Below are positions 11,762 to 26,592 of a stretch of DNA of 64,000 nt, piece by piece. The stretch comes from Octopus vulgaris (lineage: Eukaryota): the NCBI GenBank assembly GCA_951406725.2, contig OX597818.1, positions 65,162,001 through 65,226,000 of the forward strand. The letters are read 5' to 3'. The first letter of the stretch is position 1. Every line of letters starts with the position of its first letter. Under the pieces are notes generated by a model. It was not told the DNA's origin and made no database searches. It saw only the letters and a list, made by a program, of their open reading frames with translations. The position numbers were made by a program, and so were the translations under genes.

Positions 11762-12650
11762 AGAATCCCCTCGGGGAGAGAAGACGCTACTTAACATCAA
11801 TACGGTCGTAGGCTATACATCCCAGCTTTTCCAAACCGATTATCTAATCTGCGTTCTCCTAATTGTCATTCTTAAACCTAGAATCATCATATTTGTTTCC
11901 CATCTGTCATCTAAACAAGTGCTGCAGAGTAACATTTTCTTTTTCCCTCCCCTCAACATTCAGAATAGATCTGGAAAGGTGATGACGTCTTGATTGGTGT
12001 GAAATGCTATTTGTCTTCCACGTGCCTAGTTGCATTCACTATACGAAGTATTTCAATACAGCTGCCAGAGAAACAATATCTGGCCGACATTCCTTCCCAG
12101 AATTAGACGAAGATTGGTACTCCGCATGTTCTTGCCCAAATGCTGGATTCTCAGATACACGTAAACCAAGAGCAAACACTGAACTTATGCCCGTGGAAGG
12201 GTTTCATTGCATTCCACAGTTCGGATAATAGTGATCAAGTGTCCTTCCATGCGTTTTCCATTTATCTCGAAACAATAATTCCTGTAGCACTTGAATATTT
12301 GAGAGATCTACAAGTTGTCTCAGGATATCAGGCTGACTTTTACTGGATCAATTTATTCTCGTTGACGCTCAGAGTTTTCTCTGATATCCGTGTTTCTGAA
12401 CACTTCGACATTGTATAGAATCATTATTGCAACAGATTATCTAACAGGTCTTGGCAGGTTCAAATCTAGAATAAGCTGGTCGTTGCAGCGCATGTCATTG
12501 GCGATTAACTTCTTTCTATTTCAATGACAATGTGTTCAAAGCAATTGGTTTGACTGGTGCACAGTATTCTGGGAAACAAGTGTGTCGAAATAGTGGTGTT
12601 GCAGAATGCCGTGAACCAGTGATCCATGTTTGTTGAATTGACAGCCATTG
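11762..12650 (-). mobile_element. Possible heavily decayed non-LTR retrotransposon fragment between TTA tracts
   Basis: Higher-complexity, more GC-rich block; the minus strand has a CRPDIV motif and a Cys/His-containing segment, but frames are broken. Confidence 0.3.
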
Positions 12651-12654
12651 TTGT

Positions 12655-12656
12655 TA

Positions 12657-12716
<60 letters not shown>
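12655..12716. repeat. (TTA)n microsatellite
   Basis: Direct reading. Confidence 0.95.
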
Positions 12717-12717
<1 letters not shown>

Positions 12718-13149
12718 GTACATCTTTGTCTCTCTTTCGCGTTCCTGCTTTATGTTTTATTCTCTGCTCTATTCTTCACACCAGTATTCTTCTTCTTGAA
12801 CATTCCATTTATTTATGCTATATTTTCTGTCACTTACTTCGCAATATATATTCTAAAGAAAAATACAAAACATGTTAGCATTAAATTGATATTTTTCATG
12901 ATTTTTATTTCAGTGTTTTCTTCTTTTTTTTTACATATATATTTCTTTTAAAATCTGTGTTTTTTTCTTGTGTTTTTTTTCTTGTATTTCGCATTCATGA
13001 AATGATTTTTCTTTCAAATTATGAACGATAATGAATTGCGTACATGACATGAATATCGAATATTTAATGAAGGGAAAAAAAGTCCTCATTATTATATAAA
13101 GAAATTTAAGGGTAACAGAGCATTAATTATAACAAAAGACAATAGCGAC

Positions 13150-13231
<82 letters not shown>

Positions 13232-13262
13232 ATAGAAGTACTAGTAGTAGTAGTAGTAGTAG
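13150..13262. repeat. (TAG)n microsatellite
   Basis: Direct reading. Confidence 0.95.
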
Positions 13263-13566
13263 TTGTGGTGCTGGTATTAAATATAATACTGAATTTATTA
13301 ACCGATATGTTACAGGGTGTTTTTTGCGACGACTCTGGAATTCTGGTATTTAATACGTTACTAATTTCGTCTAATACATAAAAACGCATCGAATTTTCAG
13401 CAGAGACACATGGTTTTTATATAAATGATTGTGAGTTCAATTTTAATGTGTTCATAGGTGAGGAAACGAAATTGTTGTGCATTACTACAAACATAGTACC
13501 AACTCTTTTGTGAAAGATGTTCGACTATTTACAATCTTCATATAAAAAAACACAGGTATTATTATC

Positions 13567-13622
<56 letters not shown>

Positions 13623-14499
13623 CAACATCATCATCATCATATGAAAACCCACATCTTATTTTGCTGTGTATGATGGAAAGCGTCATATGTCCACAGCCAG
13701 CGGATTAAAGTGACACATATGTTAGACGTCTCGAAATAACAAAACCCCAAAATCTAACATTAGACTTACGACAGGTGTTATGCAGAATCCTAGCAATAAT
13801 GCTCTCCAATTTTGGTAACAGGTCTTCAGTTTTGAGGAGAAGGATACAGTCGATTAGATCGACGCTTTGCTCCACTGGTACTTGCTTTATTAACCAGGAG
13901 TAAATGCGAAGTAGATTACGGCATGGTGCGCAGAATTCTAACTTATGGAAACACCTCGAGAGGGAAACATACGTAAGCGTTTATATACTACTGCAAATTC
14001 CTATGGATATTGAGAATTTGAAAACAATAAATCTTAGGCGCAACCAAAATTCTCTTAATTAGAAAATGTTTGCTGTAAAACATTTCAGGCCAAACTTCCA
14101 CCAAGAGAACATAATTATATACATGTAGTCATTCGATATGAAATTGAAATTAGATTATATATGTGCATATGAATACATATATGTCTATGTCTGTCTGTCT
14201 CTCTGTTTGTATGTATGTATGTATGATTGTATGTATGTATGTATGTATGTATGTATGTATGTATGTATGTATGCATGTATGTATGCATGTATGTATGCAT
14301 GCATGCATGTATGTAATGCATGCAGATTACGACGTTTCCTAAACAAATACGTTGATGTAAACAATACGATCGACGATGAGAAAAATAGTTAATGGGTGTA
14401 TATGAATATTTCAACGATTATTGCTCTATCGTCAGCATCTTATCTATACCATCAACTGTCCACGATCACATCAGCTCAATACTTGTACGTATATATTAA

Positions 14500-15110
14500 T
14501 TGAGAGCAATATATATCTACAAGTTTCCAGGAATGTGTTTAATATTCAAATTAGTCAGTTCAACTGTGCTACACTGCAAAGCTAGAGATGGAAACTCAGA
14601 GAATGAACTGGACTTTAGGATTGTAGATGCTGTCACAGTAATGCAGCTGCTCCGGCATTCGATTATTGGAAGTGGAGTGGTTTTCGTGTCTTACTACACA
14701 TCTGGTCATAAATGTTCGGTGATAATCGGATGACTACGATCGCCAATGAAAGCAGCCGAGAAGCGATTTCTGCGATGAATCTTTCGGGCACTGTTAATTG
14801 TCCGATTACATAGCTTGGTGATAAGGGAACCCTTTCCACATTGAGCGATCACAGTTCTGGTACTAAAGACTTGTGATAAAAATATTGCTGAGAAGAATCA
14901 CAATGCGAATCCTTGAAGCTGAGACAATCGGAGAAGACCTCGGAGTAGACTAAGAAAAAGTCCGTTACGTAATATCCAGAGACTGTGTTGGTCGTCCTTG
15001 GAAATCTATCTGGAAATGGTAAATATAGTTGCTTCTCGTAACGTTCTAATGGAAGGTGTGCCTCAGGAATCTACCTCAATGACCCACCCAGAAATTGAGA
15101 GAGGAGAAAA
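14500..15110 (+). mobile_element. Possible very decayed Tc1/mariner-type transposase N-terminal remnant
   Basis: HTH-like residue pattern near 14925-14985 (IGEDLGVD*EKVRYVISRD); otherwise eroded. Confidence 0.3.
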
Positions 15111-15318
15111 CAGACTGATGGATACATAGAACCCTACATGTACATCTAAACTAATGCATGTATGTGTGAGTATTTATATAACAGACTAAAGAGTTTGAAA
15201 TTTACGGACAGTGTTATTAAAGTGTTAAAAGAGTTAGAATAGAAACAAACGAGCCATGAATTATGTATACGTTTGACAAGTAAATTACTACATCTTCCGT
15301 CTGAGAAATATTTTTTGC

Positions 15319-15517
15319 TCCAAAAAGCTGGAGATGCATCCGACGTTTTCACTAGCCGCTTCCGGAATGATTTTTCTTCTCCAACCGTTATATATTGTTA
15401 TCGACATATTTATAAATGTCTATAAAAGTGTCGATAACAATATATAACTGTAGGAGAAGAAAAAGTCATTCCGATAGCGGGTAATGAAGAGGCAGGATTC
15501 ATCTCCAGGATTTTGGA
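15319..15517. repeat. About 200-bp fold-back palindrome (MITE-like)
   Basis: Arms tccaaaa..ctggagatg.atcc..ggaatga.ttttcttctcc..gttatatattgttatcgaca / tgtcgataacaatatataac..ggagaagaaaaa.tcattcc..ggat.catctccag..ttttgga. Confidence 0.85.
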
Positions 15518-15587
15518 CCCTGTCAATGATTTGAGCGCACCGCAAGCTACCTGCCTAAGAATGACCAAATCAACATATTAAAATACA

Positions 15588-15820
15588 CATTTCTTAACTA
15601 CCGACAAGGGGCCAAACACAGAAAGAACAAGCAAGGGGAGACAAACGGATTAAATCGATTATATCGACTCCAGTGCGTAACTGGTACTTATTTAATCGAC
15701 CCCGAAATGATGAAAGGCAAAGTCGACCTCGTGGGAATTTGAACTCGGAACGTAACGGCAGACGAAATACCGCTCAGCATTTCGCCCGGGGTGTTAACTT
15801 TTCTGCCAGCTCGCCGCCTT
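15588..15820 (-). mobile_element. SINE family A monomer with 16-bp TSD
   Basis: Full head and body; aacata(t/c)taaaataca at 15572-15587 and 15821-15836. Confidence 0.92.
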
Positions 15821-16289
15821 AACATACTAAAATACATTAACACTCACCGTAACGGAAGTATGAATTTCCAGGTTTTCAATTTTGTTAACACAGGATATAT
15901 TTCGGTGTACATTAATGTAAAGGCGGAAAATTTGGAAGGAATATCATAGAAATAAGGGTTTGTCTTAATAGGAAACTTATAGGGTTATCGATATTAGTCG
16001 TTTCATCTCCACAAATATTGCTAGGAACCCATACACCACGAACACAATTTTACTACATACCGTACTTAGTTGTTATTTACGATACAGAAGATGTGAGACT
16101 GGTTTATTCAGTTTTTGCATCGCTACTAATATTATCTTTGATTTATTGCGAATGGTTATCTGTAGCATTCCTGGTCGGCTAACACATTGAGCTTTAGAAC
16201 ACTCTGTAGTTTATACATACATGCAGGCATACATACATACATACATACATAATATATACATATGTACATATTTATATATATATATGTAT

Positions 16290-16342
<53 letters not shown>

Positions 16343-16502
16343 CATACACATATATATATATGTATATACATACATATATATATATGTATATATATATATA
16401 TATGTATGTATATACTCTAGGGATGCATTAGATTCTTCATACTACTACCACTGCTTCTATTACAACTATCATCGCCTCTTTTTCTTCTTCTTCTTCTACT
16501 AC

Positions 16503-16587
<85 letters not shown>

Positions 16588-16875
16588 TCTCTTTTGTGAC
16601 CTCTTGTTACTACTACTGCTAAATAGCTAGCTGACCAACATATATGTAAAAGAGAAAAAAACACGTCAGAATAACAACGGAATCCCATAACAAACATTAA
16701 TGTTATGAATGACACGAGAATAACAGCGTTGACCACGTCATGACTATTTAAAAGGCAGAATGTAGTTGAACCAAATTTATGCATAATATTCCCCTCTCTC
16801 CCTCACTCTCTGTTTCTTTGTTCCTTCTCTCTTTACACACACACTCACATACACACTCATAAGCACAACCATATA

Positions 16876-16941
<66 letters not shown>

Positions 16942-17599
16942 AAATAAGAGCCCCAGTGTTTGCAAAGTCAACAAATGATAGATAAATTATATGGATGATG
17001 TAAATCTCTACGCAGCAGACATCATTCTGCTGGAGATTATGCATTCAGTATAGAAGAGTGTGAAGATGAGATATGAACGACACACATGTGATGAAATGAT
17101 TATAAGAATAACTAATCTCAAATTATCAAATAGAAGGTTTGAGAATTTTCATTTTATGGCTTTGCTCTCTTTATACACTGCACGACACAAAACTATTTCA
17201 AAAGTGATGCTATATTGCATTGAAACTAATCAACTGGGTGTTTTCTATGAATAATTCTTAAGAGGTTTTTGTCTTAATTCGATATCTTCCTTTTATGGTT
17301 TCACCGACCGTTTCTATTGCCACGCATTGTTTTAGCTTTTAAGATGAAGTGACCTCACTGCTTTGGCGGGCAGGTCACTTATTGCCATTATAATTAGGCT
17401 TCGGTTTAATAGGTTTCAGTTTAATTGTCTTCCAGCATCAAACGAATGAACTACGTGCTCGCTTCTGTGAAACAGTCGTTTCGTACAGTGAGAAGTCCGG
17501 TGCCTTTGAAGCTTAGTTGGTCCTGTCACAGCATAAGCACAGCTACCATGACTACCAAACAAACATAGTCACTGTTGCATCATTGTTACATAATATGGT

Positions 17600-17720
17600 A
17601 AGGTTTCGCAACTGTGGACTCGTGTAACTTTCGAGTGGTAACCAAAGAATCGGAAAGAGGCCATGTGGAAGGCATCCATGAAGAGGGGAAAACTGAGGTC
17701 AGGATGGAAAAGATGTAAAA
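17600..17720 (+). mobile_element. Possible RTE-type LINE ORF C-terminal remnant
   Basis: WTRVTFEW*PK..KRPCGR resembles the RTE terminal WT..V.EW.P...KR..GRP motif. Confidence 0.4.
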
Positions 17721-17734
17721 ATAAAGTCAGAAAT

Positions 17735-18139
17735 AAGGCAGCGAGCTGGCAGAAAACGTTAGCACATCGGGCGAAATACATAACGGTGTTTCGTCTGCCG
17801 CTACGTTCTGAGTTCAAATTCCGCCGAGGTCGACTTTGCCTTTCATCCTTTCGGGGTCGATAAATTAAGTACCAGTTACGCACTGGGGTCGATGTAATCG
17901 ACTTAATCCCTTTGCCTGTCCTTGTTTGTCCCCTCTGTGTTTAGCCTCTTGTGGGTAGTAAAGAAATAGGTATTTCATTACCGTTACGTTCTGAGTTCAA
18001 ATTCCACGAGGTCGACTTTGCCTTTCATCCTTTCGGGATCGGTTAAATAAGCACCAGTTACGCACTGTGGTCGATGTAATCGACTTAATCCCTTTATTTG
18101 TCCTCTCTGTGTTTAGCCCCTTGTGGGCAATAAAGGAAT
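17735..18139 (+). mobile_element. SINE family A dimer with TSD
   Basis: Head at about 17736; two bodies; aaaataaag(t/a)cagaa on both flanks. Confidence 0.9.
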
Positions 18140-18366
18140 AAAATAAAGACAGAATTAGAAGTGCATTGTAACCAGCGATGTTTAACAGCTTCTAATGTTT
18201 GAGCGATACATTGAAGTTAATACTATGCCACCTAACGTTCCTATAAATCTTCAGTGTAGAATTCGCTTTGCAAAGCAGACCTTATAAAAGAGTAAAACCA
18301 TAGGAATCTAGTCCGATTGCAGCATCTAGGGATTCCTTTAGTTATACATTCTTGGTTAACATTAGC

Positions 18367-18682
18367 CGCAGCCATGGCTGTGTGGTTAGAAGTTTGCATC
18401 CCAATCACATACTTCCAAGTTGCATGCCACCTTAGGCGGACGTCTTCTACTATAAAACTCGGGCCGACCAAGGAACTGTGACTGGCTTTACTAATGGGAA
18501 ACTGAAAGAAGCCGCATGTATGTGTGTGTATGTGTATGTATTTATGTATGTATGTGTGTGTGGCAGTTACGTTCACATCACCAAGCGGTACAGCAAATGT
18601 AACTGATATAATAAGTACTCGGCTAAATCTCTGCAAAGTGGTACTCCATGAAAGCCACAATCAAATGGGTGAAACAAGTAAG
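18367..18682 (+). mobile_element. Degenerate SINE family B
   Basis: tggctgtgtggttagaag..gggccgaccaa..ggaaactgaaagaagcc..ataagtact..gaaacaagtaa. Confidence 0.75.
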
Positions 18683-19181
18683 AGATTATCATTACGCGGT
18701 ACCATAGCTAGGAGGTGTGGTCTGCTCGGACATCACATCTTTGTGGGCGACACATTTGGTTTCCCTTATAAATCTGTAACAGGTGTAACAAAGTCAAGGA
18801 TTGCTCCGCTGTGCCACACTCTCTTCCTACACCACTGATATTAATTATTCCCAACAATTTCCACAAGCCTACAGATTTTGAAAATCTGACATTTCAGACA
18901 AAGCTTTTAATTATTTATGAATTATCTGGTAGCATTATCTGGTTTCAATTTCTGAAGGACCGCTTAAGTAGGGATCCACTGACCCCATTATTTTTTACTA
19001 AATTTACGTCGCTCCTACGCTTATTGATTATATTATAATCAGTATCAGTGCGTCGCACGCTTACAGAAATATGTTTGGGCATTCTAAATACCTTCACGTA
19101 CATCCACATCGAATAAAGAGTTATAACAGATACGTTTAAGACGTGGTAGTGTGGATATTTATATCTTGTAGTTTATGAAAC

Positions 19182-19183
<2 letters not shown>

Positions 19184-19269
<86 letters not shown>

Positions 19270-19272
19270 GTG
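19184..19272. repeat. (TG)n microsatellite
   Basis: Direct reading. Confidence 0.95.
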
Positions 19273-19424
19273 AATGCATGTGTGTATGTATTTAATCGGC
19301 TGAAGTTACAAAGGAGAATTTGTGACGCCTATTAAAACAAAAACAATTATGTTTTATGAACTTGGCGTTTTTAGGTCAAAATATTCTGCTTGTAGGACCA
19401 ATGTTTGTGTGTGTGAGTGTATTA

Positions 19425-19456
<32 letters not shown>

Positions 19457-19835
19457 ACACACTCACATACGTATACACACCTTTTATTGAGTGTCTGTTT
19501 GTCGTCTTCCACTACGGGCAGTTATGTCCTGTATTGACATTTACTGCTGCATCGGAGAAATTGATCAGCTTCGATTCAGAGCGAAATCTCATCCCAATGA
19601 GATTTAGTGCTCGTCGGTCTCCCTCTGCAGAAGTCACGCACAGTAATGTAACAAGTTTATTATTTTCCTTGAGTGTAGAAACTTTAATCCGACTAAACCG
19701 GAAATCTCTACACTTTGATACTTTCCAATATGCCGAAAATGTTCTTTCTGTATTTGCTACCAGTGTATTCTATGTAGGTGCATCCATGCATACATACATG
19801 CATGCATTTACGCACCCCCCTCACACACACGCACA

Positions 19836-20246
19836 CAGGAGTGGCTGTGTGGTAAGTAGCTTGCTTACTAATCACATGGTTCAGGGGTCAGTCCCACTGC
19901 GTGGCACCTTAAACAAGTGTCTCCTACTTTAACCTCGGACCTACCAAATCCTTGTGAGTGGATTTGATAGACGGTAACTGAAAGAAACCTGTCGTAAATA
20001 TGTATATATATGTATGTGTGGATATATGTTTGTGTGTCTTTATTTGTCACACCCCACACATCAATTGACAACCAATGCTGGTATCTTTACGTCCCCGTAC
20101 CTTAGTGGTTCGGAACAACAGTCCGATAGAATAAGAACTAGGCTAACCAGGAAGTCCTGGGGTCGATTTGCTCGACTAAAGGCGGTGCTCCAGCATGGCT
20201 GCAGTCAAATAAATGAAACAAGTAACAGAAGAAAAGAGTAAAAGAG
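19836..20246 (+). mobile_element. SINE family B
   Basis: Collinear with 11343-11730 and 54089-54478; ends in aaaagagt repeats. Confidence 0.9.
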
Positions 20247-20260
20247 TATATGTGAGTGTT

Positions 20261-20350
<90 letters not shown>

Positions 20351-21168
20351 CATACATACGTATATGTATTCATTGCATTATTGCAATTAGTGCCAGTAAT
20401 TAAATATATATATCTTATATTTTTGTTCTATCTTATTGCTTTTTTTATTAGTTAATTCTAAAGATTTTAGGATGAGGTGCTTGGCTATGGACCGATAAAA
20501 TGGTTCAAAATCCAAATGGATAAATCTTCAATTGATTTATTATTTTGCTAAGTATCTAGACTCTAGATTCTAGAGTCTACAAGAACTGTCGGAATTCCAT
20601 TATACAAGAATATTTTAGTTTCTATCTTATGTTTTCAGGAATCGGAGCGTTACCTTTGATTATGCATACATGACTGTGGTGTTATTTTCAAAACTCTAAC
20701 AATATACATGATTTACATCGATTCCTTTCTTAAATGTGTACCTTCTGAAAGTTTTCAGGTCTTAAGGGTGCAGTAGAAAATCATCTCGTATTTCCCCCTT
20801 TCGTTGATGTAATAGTAATGATGCCAAGCCACCCATAATGGTAAATGTCTGTATCTAATATTTTCCGTAATGATTTTAAGATACAACCTGGATGTGACCC
20901 GATGTACAGTGTGATGGCCTCTCAGACGTTCATCAAGCATTGCGAAATTGCTAGTCTGTGCTTATTTTCTTCATCTCCTTGGATGTAACTCTGTATAAAA
21001 GTCGTAGCTAGAGCTCCCACTTCGCTGTCACACGCAGAGTATACGATTGTTTCTTGCATATGGTTCAATTAAAAAAAAAACCCAACCTTCTGTAGGTTGT
21101 TCTATGTAATTCGAGTATCTTTTTGCAAGATGTGTCCTTGGGTGTGTCGAAGTTTTGTGTAGAGAAGA

Positions 21169-21226
<58 letters not shown>

Positions 21227-21242
21227 AGAGTTTACGAAAAAA

Positions 21243-21280
<38 letters not shown>

Positions 21281-21284
<4 letters not shown>

Positions 21285-21554
21285 AGAGTTTACGAAAAAA
21301 AAAACAAAACAAAAGACGAATACAGGTGGTGTACAAAAAAACACAGATGTATTAGTATAACGCTCAGAAATAGAAAACGTCTTTTACGTTTCGAGCCTAC
21401 GCTCTTCTACAGAAAGGGACAGAAAAAACAAGGAGAGAATAGCAGCAGTTTTACGTAAAGTTTAAAGGTTTTTAGACGTCGTGGTGTATTGCAAGGTTTT
21501 CTCATCAAGAGTCGAGTCCACTGTGATCCGTGTGTAGGAGAGGTGCAGCCGGAG

Positions 21555-21555
<1 letters not shown>
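21281..21555 (-). mobile_element. PLE-type pseudo-LTR fragment inserted in a (TA)n/(GTAT)n tract, with an extra copy of its terminal ~27 bp at 21222-21248
   Basis: Contains an HHR motif at 21381-21416; agggagagtttacgaaaaaaaa(a)caa occurs twice, separated by (TA)n. Confidence 0.65.
21381..21416 (-). ncRNA. Minimal hammerhead variant
   Basis: Minus strand CTTT-CTGTAGA-A-GAGC-gtag-GCTC-GAAAC-GTA-AAAG; one core deviation (A6 to U). Confidence 0.6.
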
Positions 21556-21585
<30 letters not shown>

Positions 21586-22044
21586 TGTATGTATGCATGT
21601 ATGTATGTATGTATGTATGGTATGTATGTATGTATGTATGTATGTATGTATGTATGTATGTATGTATGTATGTATGTATGTATGTATGTACGTAATATAA
21701 TGTAGATATATAAATATAATTTAGAGACGCATGTGTCGATATATATATGCTTAAACCGTGTTGTAAATATAAACATTTACCTTTCATATCCATTGCGCAC
21801 ATATTTATATGTGGAAGTAAATATGCATGCGCATTTGCCTAAGTATATCTATGTCTGTATGTGTTTACGTACAGTTATGTGAACAGTTTTCTTTGCACTA
21901 CATTCGCTTCGTTTTTATATTGTCATAATTTCAAAATCTTATATAGAAAGAAAACGAAATTAATGCATGATAAAACAATATATATATATATATATACATA
22001 CATACATACACACACACACATATATATATATAGGTATATATATA

Positions 22045-22162
<118 letters not shown>

Positions 22163-22887
22163 TATATATATGTATATATATATAAAGTTTTTTGAAAGAA
22201 ACTTCTTTAGCACTTAGCTGCGCACAGTCTCTCATTCATAGGATGTCAACGCCCACTTATAGAAAAAAAAATATGTAGCCATCATACCTGTAGTTGCATA
22301 GAAATGGTGGAGGGTATCACCTGTAGGAGTGGCGTCTATTATTCATTTAATCTAAACAGTCGCTTTTCTATCAATACTCTCGTGTTACAATCAATGTGCC
22401 GAACTGCTAAAACTTAAGGTTGCTTTCCAAGGCTATTCTCTTCCAAGTAGAATTGTTTTCAATAGTTTACTCTTCTACGTTACTAATTTTGAAGCAAAAA
22501 CGCACGTTTGAATAACTGTGCAAGCTCCACCTCTGCAGTAATTACAACTGACTTAACAATACAGGTAACTGAGAAGCTGAGAGAGAGAGAGAGAGAGAGA
22601 AAGAAACATTTACAAACGTTCAGCTAGTCAGTGGGAGCTGTGTGTGTGTGTGTGTGTATATATATATGTGTGTGTGTACAAAATGAAATAGATATAATAG
22701 ATATGCATCTTTATATATACACATATATATATATGTGTGTTTGTGTAGCGTATGTGTATGCATATATATATGTACACACACTCAAATGCATGTTGTGCTT
22801 ATATATCTGTATACATTTACATAAGTGTGTATATGTGTGTGTAATTATATCTTTATATATGTATAATATTTATATTTACACACATGC

Positions 22888-22949
<62 letters not shown>

Positions 22950-23631
22950 ATGTATGTATATACAGAAAAAGAGAGAGAGAGAATTAGATACATACATATG
23001 ACATATTCACTCATGCTTCGCTTCTAGTGATAGCTAGAGAAGAGAAGAGGGTGAGTAAAGGGAAGTCAGAGAGAGAGAGAGACAGAGAGTGAGTGAGAGT
23101 GAGAGTTAGAGAGAGAGAGAGAGAAAGGGGGCGAGTGAGAGAGAGAGAACGAGAGAGTAGTGTGTATTGAGCATTGAATGAGAAAAGGCACGTGTTTATA
23201 TCAAAGAGAGAATAGAATTTTCGCAAAAGACAAAAAAAGTTGAGAGCAGTGTGTATGGATGTGGGTAGAGTAGGGGTGTTTCTCAGAATGTGACTATGTA
23301 TGTAGGTTAATTTTAATGGAGAATACATACCGTTTGTCGGAGTTAGTTTAGTTATAACTTCCATAAATCATCCGAGATGTTTCGTAGGTGGGATATAATG
23401 AAGAAATTTTCCTTTTACGGAGATGTTGCTAAACATAATGTCGGTGCGTCATTAGTAAGATGCTTTTAGATTGGCTGTATACAGGCATTATCAAGTGTGT
23501 ATATGGTGATATAAGACACTCCCACATCAGTCACGGTTGAATATGTCATGTCTTTTCTTTTATGTTCATGATAAAGGGTAGGGGGCATTCTCAATATTTC
23601 ACTCTCTCACTGCTGTCTCCTCCCCACATAA

Positions 23632-23663
<32 letters not shown>

Positions 23664-23751
23664 ATGTGTGTGTTACTGTGTACTGTGTGTGTATGTGTGT
23701 ATGCATACATATATGCATTTCTATCTATATGTATATGTATATGTATGTAGG

Positions 23752-23799
<48 letters not shown>

Positions 23800-23929
23800 C
23801 ATACATACAAAAATATATGTTTATAAGTTTATGTGTCTATATCTACCTATATATATATATACATATATATGTATGTGTGCATATATATATATACACATAT
23901 CTATATACATATATATGTATGTGTGCATA

Positions 23930-23992
<63 letters not shown>

Positions 23993-24020
23993 GTCTGTAT
24001 ATATCTGTTTATATATCTGT

Positions 24021-24068
<48 letters not shown>

Positions 24069-25489
24069 TACATATAATAAATTATGTGTATGTATGCTAT
24101 TGTTTTGTAGTTTAAGAGTGGAATGATAACGCATACATTGGTATAGAGGAGGAGAGGCATCTCTTTCTAAGCGCACCTGCACACACATGCAATTGAGTAG
24201 AACTTTTTAAAGAAAATACGAGACTACCATAAAAGAAAGAAAGAAAGAAAGAAGTGCGTTTCCTCTTTAAGTGCGGAAAAGCAATTGTTCATAGCGTGGA
24301 GACGTTTCAATCGATTTCAGTTTAATAATGTTACCTACTTACTGACCCTAGCCCGAGAAAACATAAAAGTAATGTTCACAAATAAAAAAAAATATAACCG
24401 AAAAGCTACAAAATACACACACATACACACGAACGCACGCACGCACACACGCACACAGAGACAAAAATACGCTCACACAGGTTTGATAGATGCTACATCG
24501 TCTCACTGAAGCGCAGATTCCTTGAGCTTTTTACCTGTTATTCTGGGTAAAGTTATATTTGTAAAAGAAAGAATAAATACCTGTATACGTTAGCGATTAT
24601 TTCACCTGTTTGTATCAGATTGTTTGCTGTCCACGAGTTCTAGATGGATTTTGCGATTTATATTCGGCAACATTTTTCCGTATTACATTTTCCTTTTAAT
24701 TTCTTTTCTGCTAGGAAACATATCAGTCCGTCTGCAACCACCAGTTCCACTCGTTGGACAACATACATTGTTTCGTGTCTATATGTTCTGAATTAAATTC
24801 AAAGTGGTTATTTTCGCTTTTTGTCGTTTCGGTATACTTTGATAAAATAGACATCAAGTACTGAAATTTATTCACTCGGATAACTCTTCGCTTAGATTAC
24901 AAAGCTTGTGCTTCAGTTAGGGAAAATAAAATTGTATATATTTATGTATTTTCTAAGGATCTGTAATAACCCCAACTAATCTCTCTCTACTTATTACACG
25001 GTAGTTGTGAGTAATACTCTTTTATGAGTGATGGCCTTGCAAGTTGTAATAGTGTGAGTGTGTGTGTGCCTGTGTGTTTGCATGCACTTTTATGGCATTT
25101 GCTTAAGAGCTACATCATTTAGTGAAGTTGGTAAAACGAGAGGTATTGTTCTATTTGATAAGATTTGAACGGAGAGCGCTGCAATTCGCAAAGCATAACA
25201 CAAGTAATTTTATCTGAAGTGTTATAAGATCTGTCAAGTCTACTATATATACGCCTACACAGCTCTAAACCGGATAATTATATTCCTTTGATACAGAGGA
25301 ATAGATAGCAACGGTTTAAATACACGTCTCCGATACTCAGGTATCTAAAAATAGTCAGCATATGGCGTCCAGGAATTAGGAGTAAAAGAAGTAAAGGGCC
25401 GAAAAACTTGCTTAAGGGAAGTTCTTCTCTGACGATCTTCTGCTGTTCAGCTCGCTTCCTAATTTCTTACCACTTCGTTTTAATCTTTT

Positions 25490-25815
25490 TTCCTCTATTC
25501 GTTTACGCGTTTTAGTCATTTGTCTGCGGCATCGCCTTTAGCCAAACAAATCGAACCCAGGACTTATACATTGTAAGCCTTGTACTTATACTGTTGAGGT
25601 ATTTACCGAACCGCTATATTAAGGGGACATAAACACACCAGAATCGGTTGTCAAGCGATGGGAAAAACATAGACACATAAATACACATGTACATAAATCT
25701 ACACAAAAGGCTTTGGTCGGTCCGAGGCTATAGTAGAAGATACTTGACCAGGTGACACGCAGTGGGACTGAACCCAGAACCATGTAGTCGGTAAGCAAGC
25801 TTCCTATCAAACAGT
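25490..25815 (-). mobile_element. SINE family B
   Basis: Reverse complement of family B motifs (gcagtgggactgaaccc.gaaccatgt; cggttgtcaagcgatg). Confidence 0.85.
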
Positions 25816-26200
25816 CACTTCATGCTCATAATACATAGAAAAAATATTCAGTTACTTATTTTCCTTGTAAAGCAAAAAAAAAAAAAAGTGACAATTGCTG
25901 CATATTGGTTAGTTATTGCGTTGTACACACCCAGAAGTCATTCCACTTTATAACATGAAAGAAATTTTAGTGAAAACGAGAAGAAAAATCCAAGCTGTAT
26001 ATATATATATATATATATATAGTTCAATTTAAAAACTCCTCTAGAATGGACGAAAGGGTTAATATATCATATATGATATATCATATATGGTGTATACAAA
26101 TGTAATATACAAATAAATATCTGTAAATATAAAACCATCCGAATTTCTGAGTACCGAATTTCTTCTAATATAAAATACCTGTGCATCATCTCCAAACCTT

Positions 26201-26284
<84 letters not shown>

Positions 26285-26340
26285 GAGAGAGTGAAAGAGA
26301 TACATACATTCACGGGAACGTGAATCTGAGTAACAGCTTT

Positions 26341-26443
<103 letters not shown>

Positions 26444-26592
26444 TAGCTATAGATATAGATGTATGTATATGTATATACATTTATATAAGGATAAGATCAT
26501 TATTTAAAATACCGATAATAACAAGTGGCCAACATGGGAATAAAAACCTTATCCGTAATAATCATTAGTAAAATCAAAATTAAAGGTACGGT

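Noticed and set aside
11568-11993. 141-aa ORF
   Set aside because: Begins inside a family B SINE and runs into a decayed repeat; chance open frame
20755-20940. Unique-sequence 61-aa minus-strand ORF
   Set aside because: No recognisable domain and no convincing splice sites; adjacent frames contain stops
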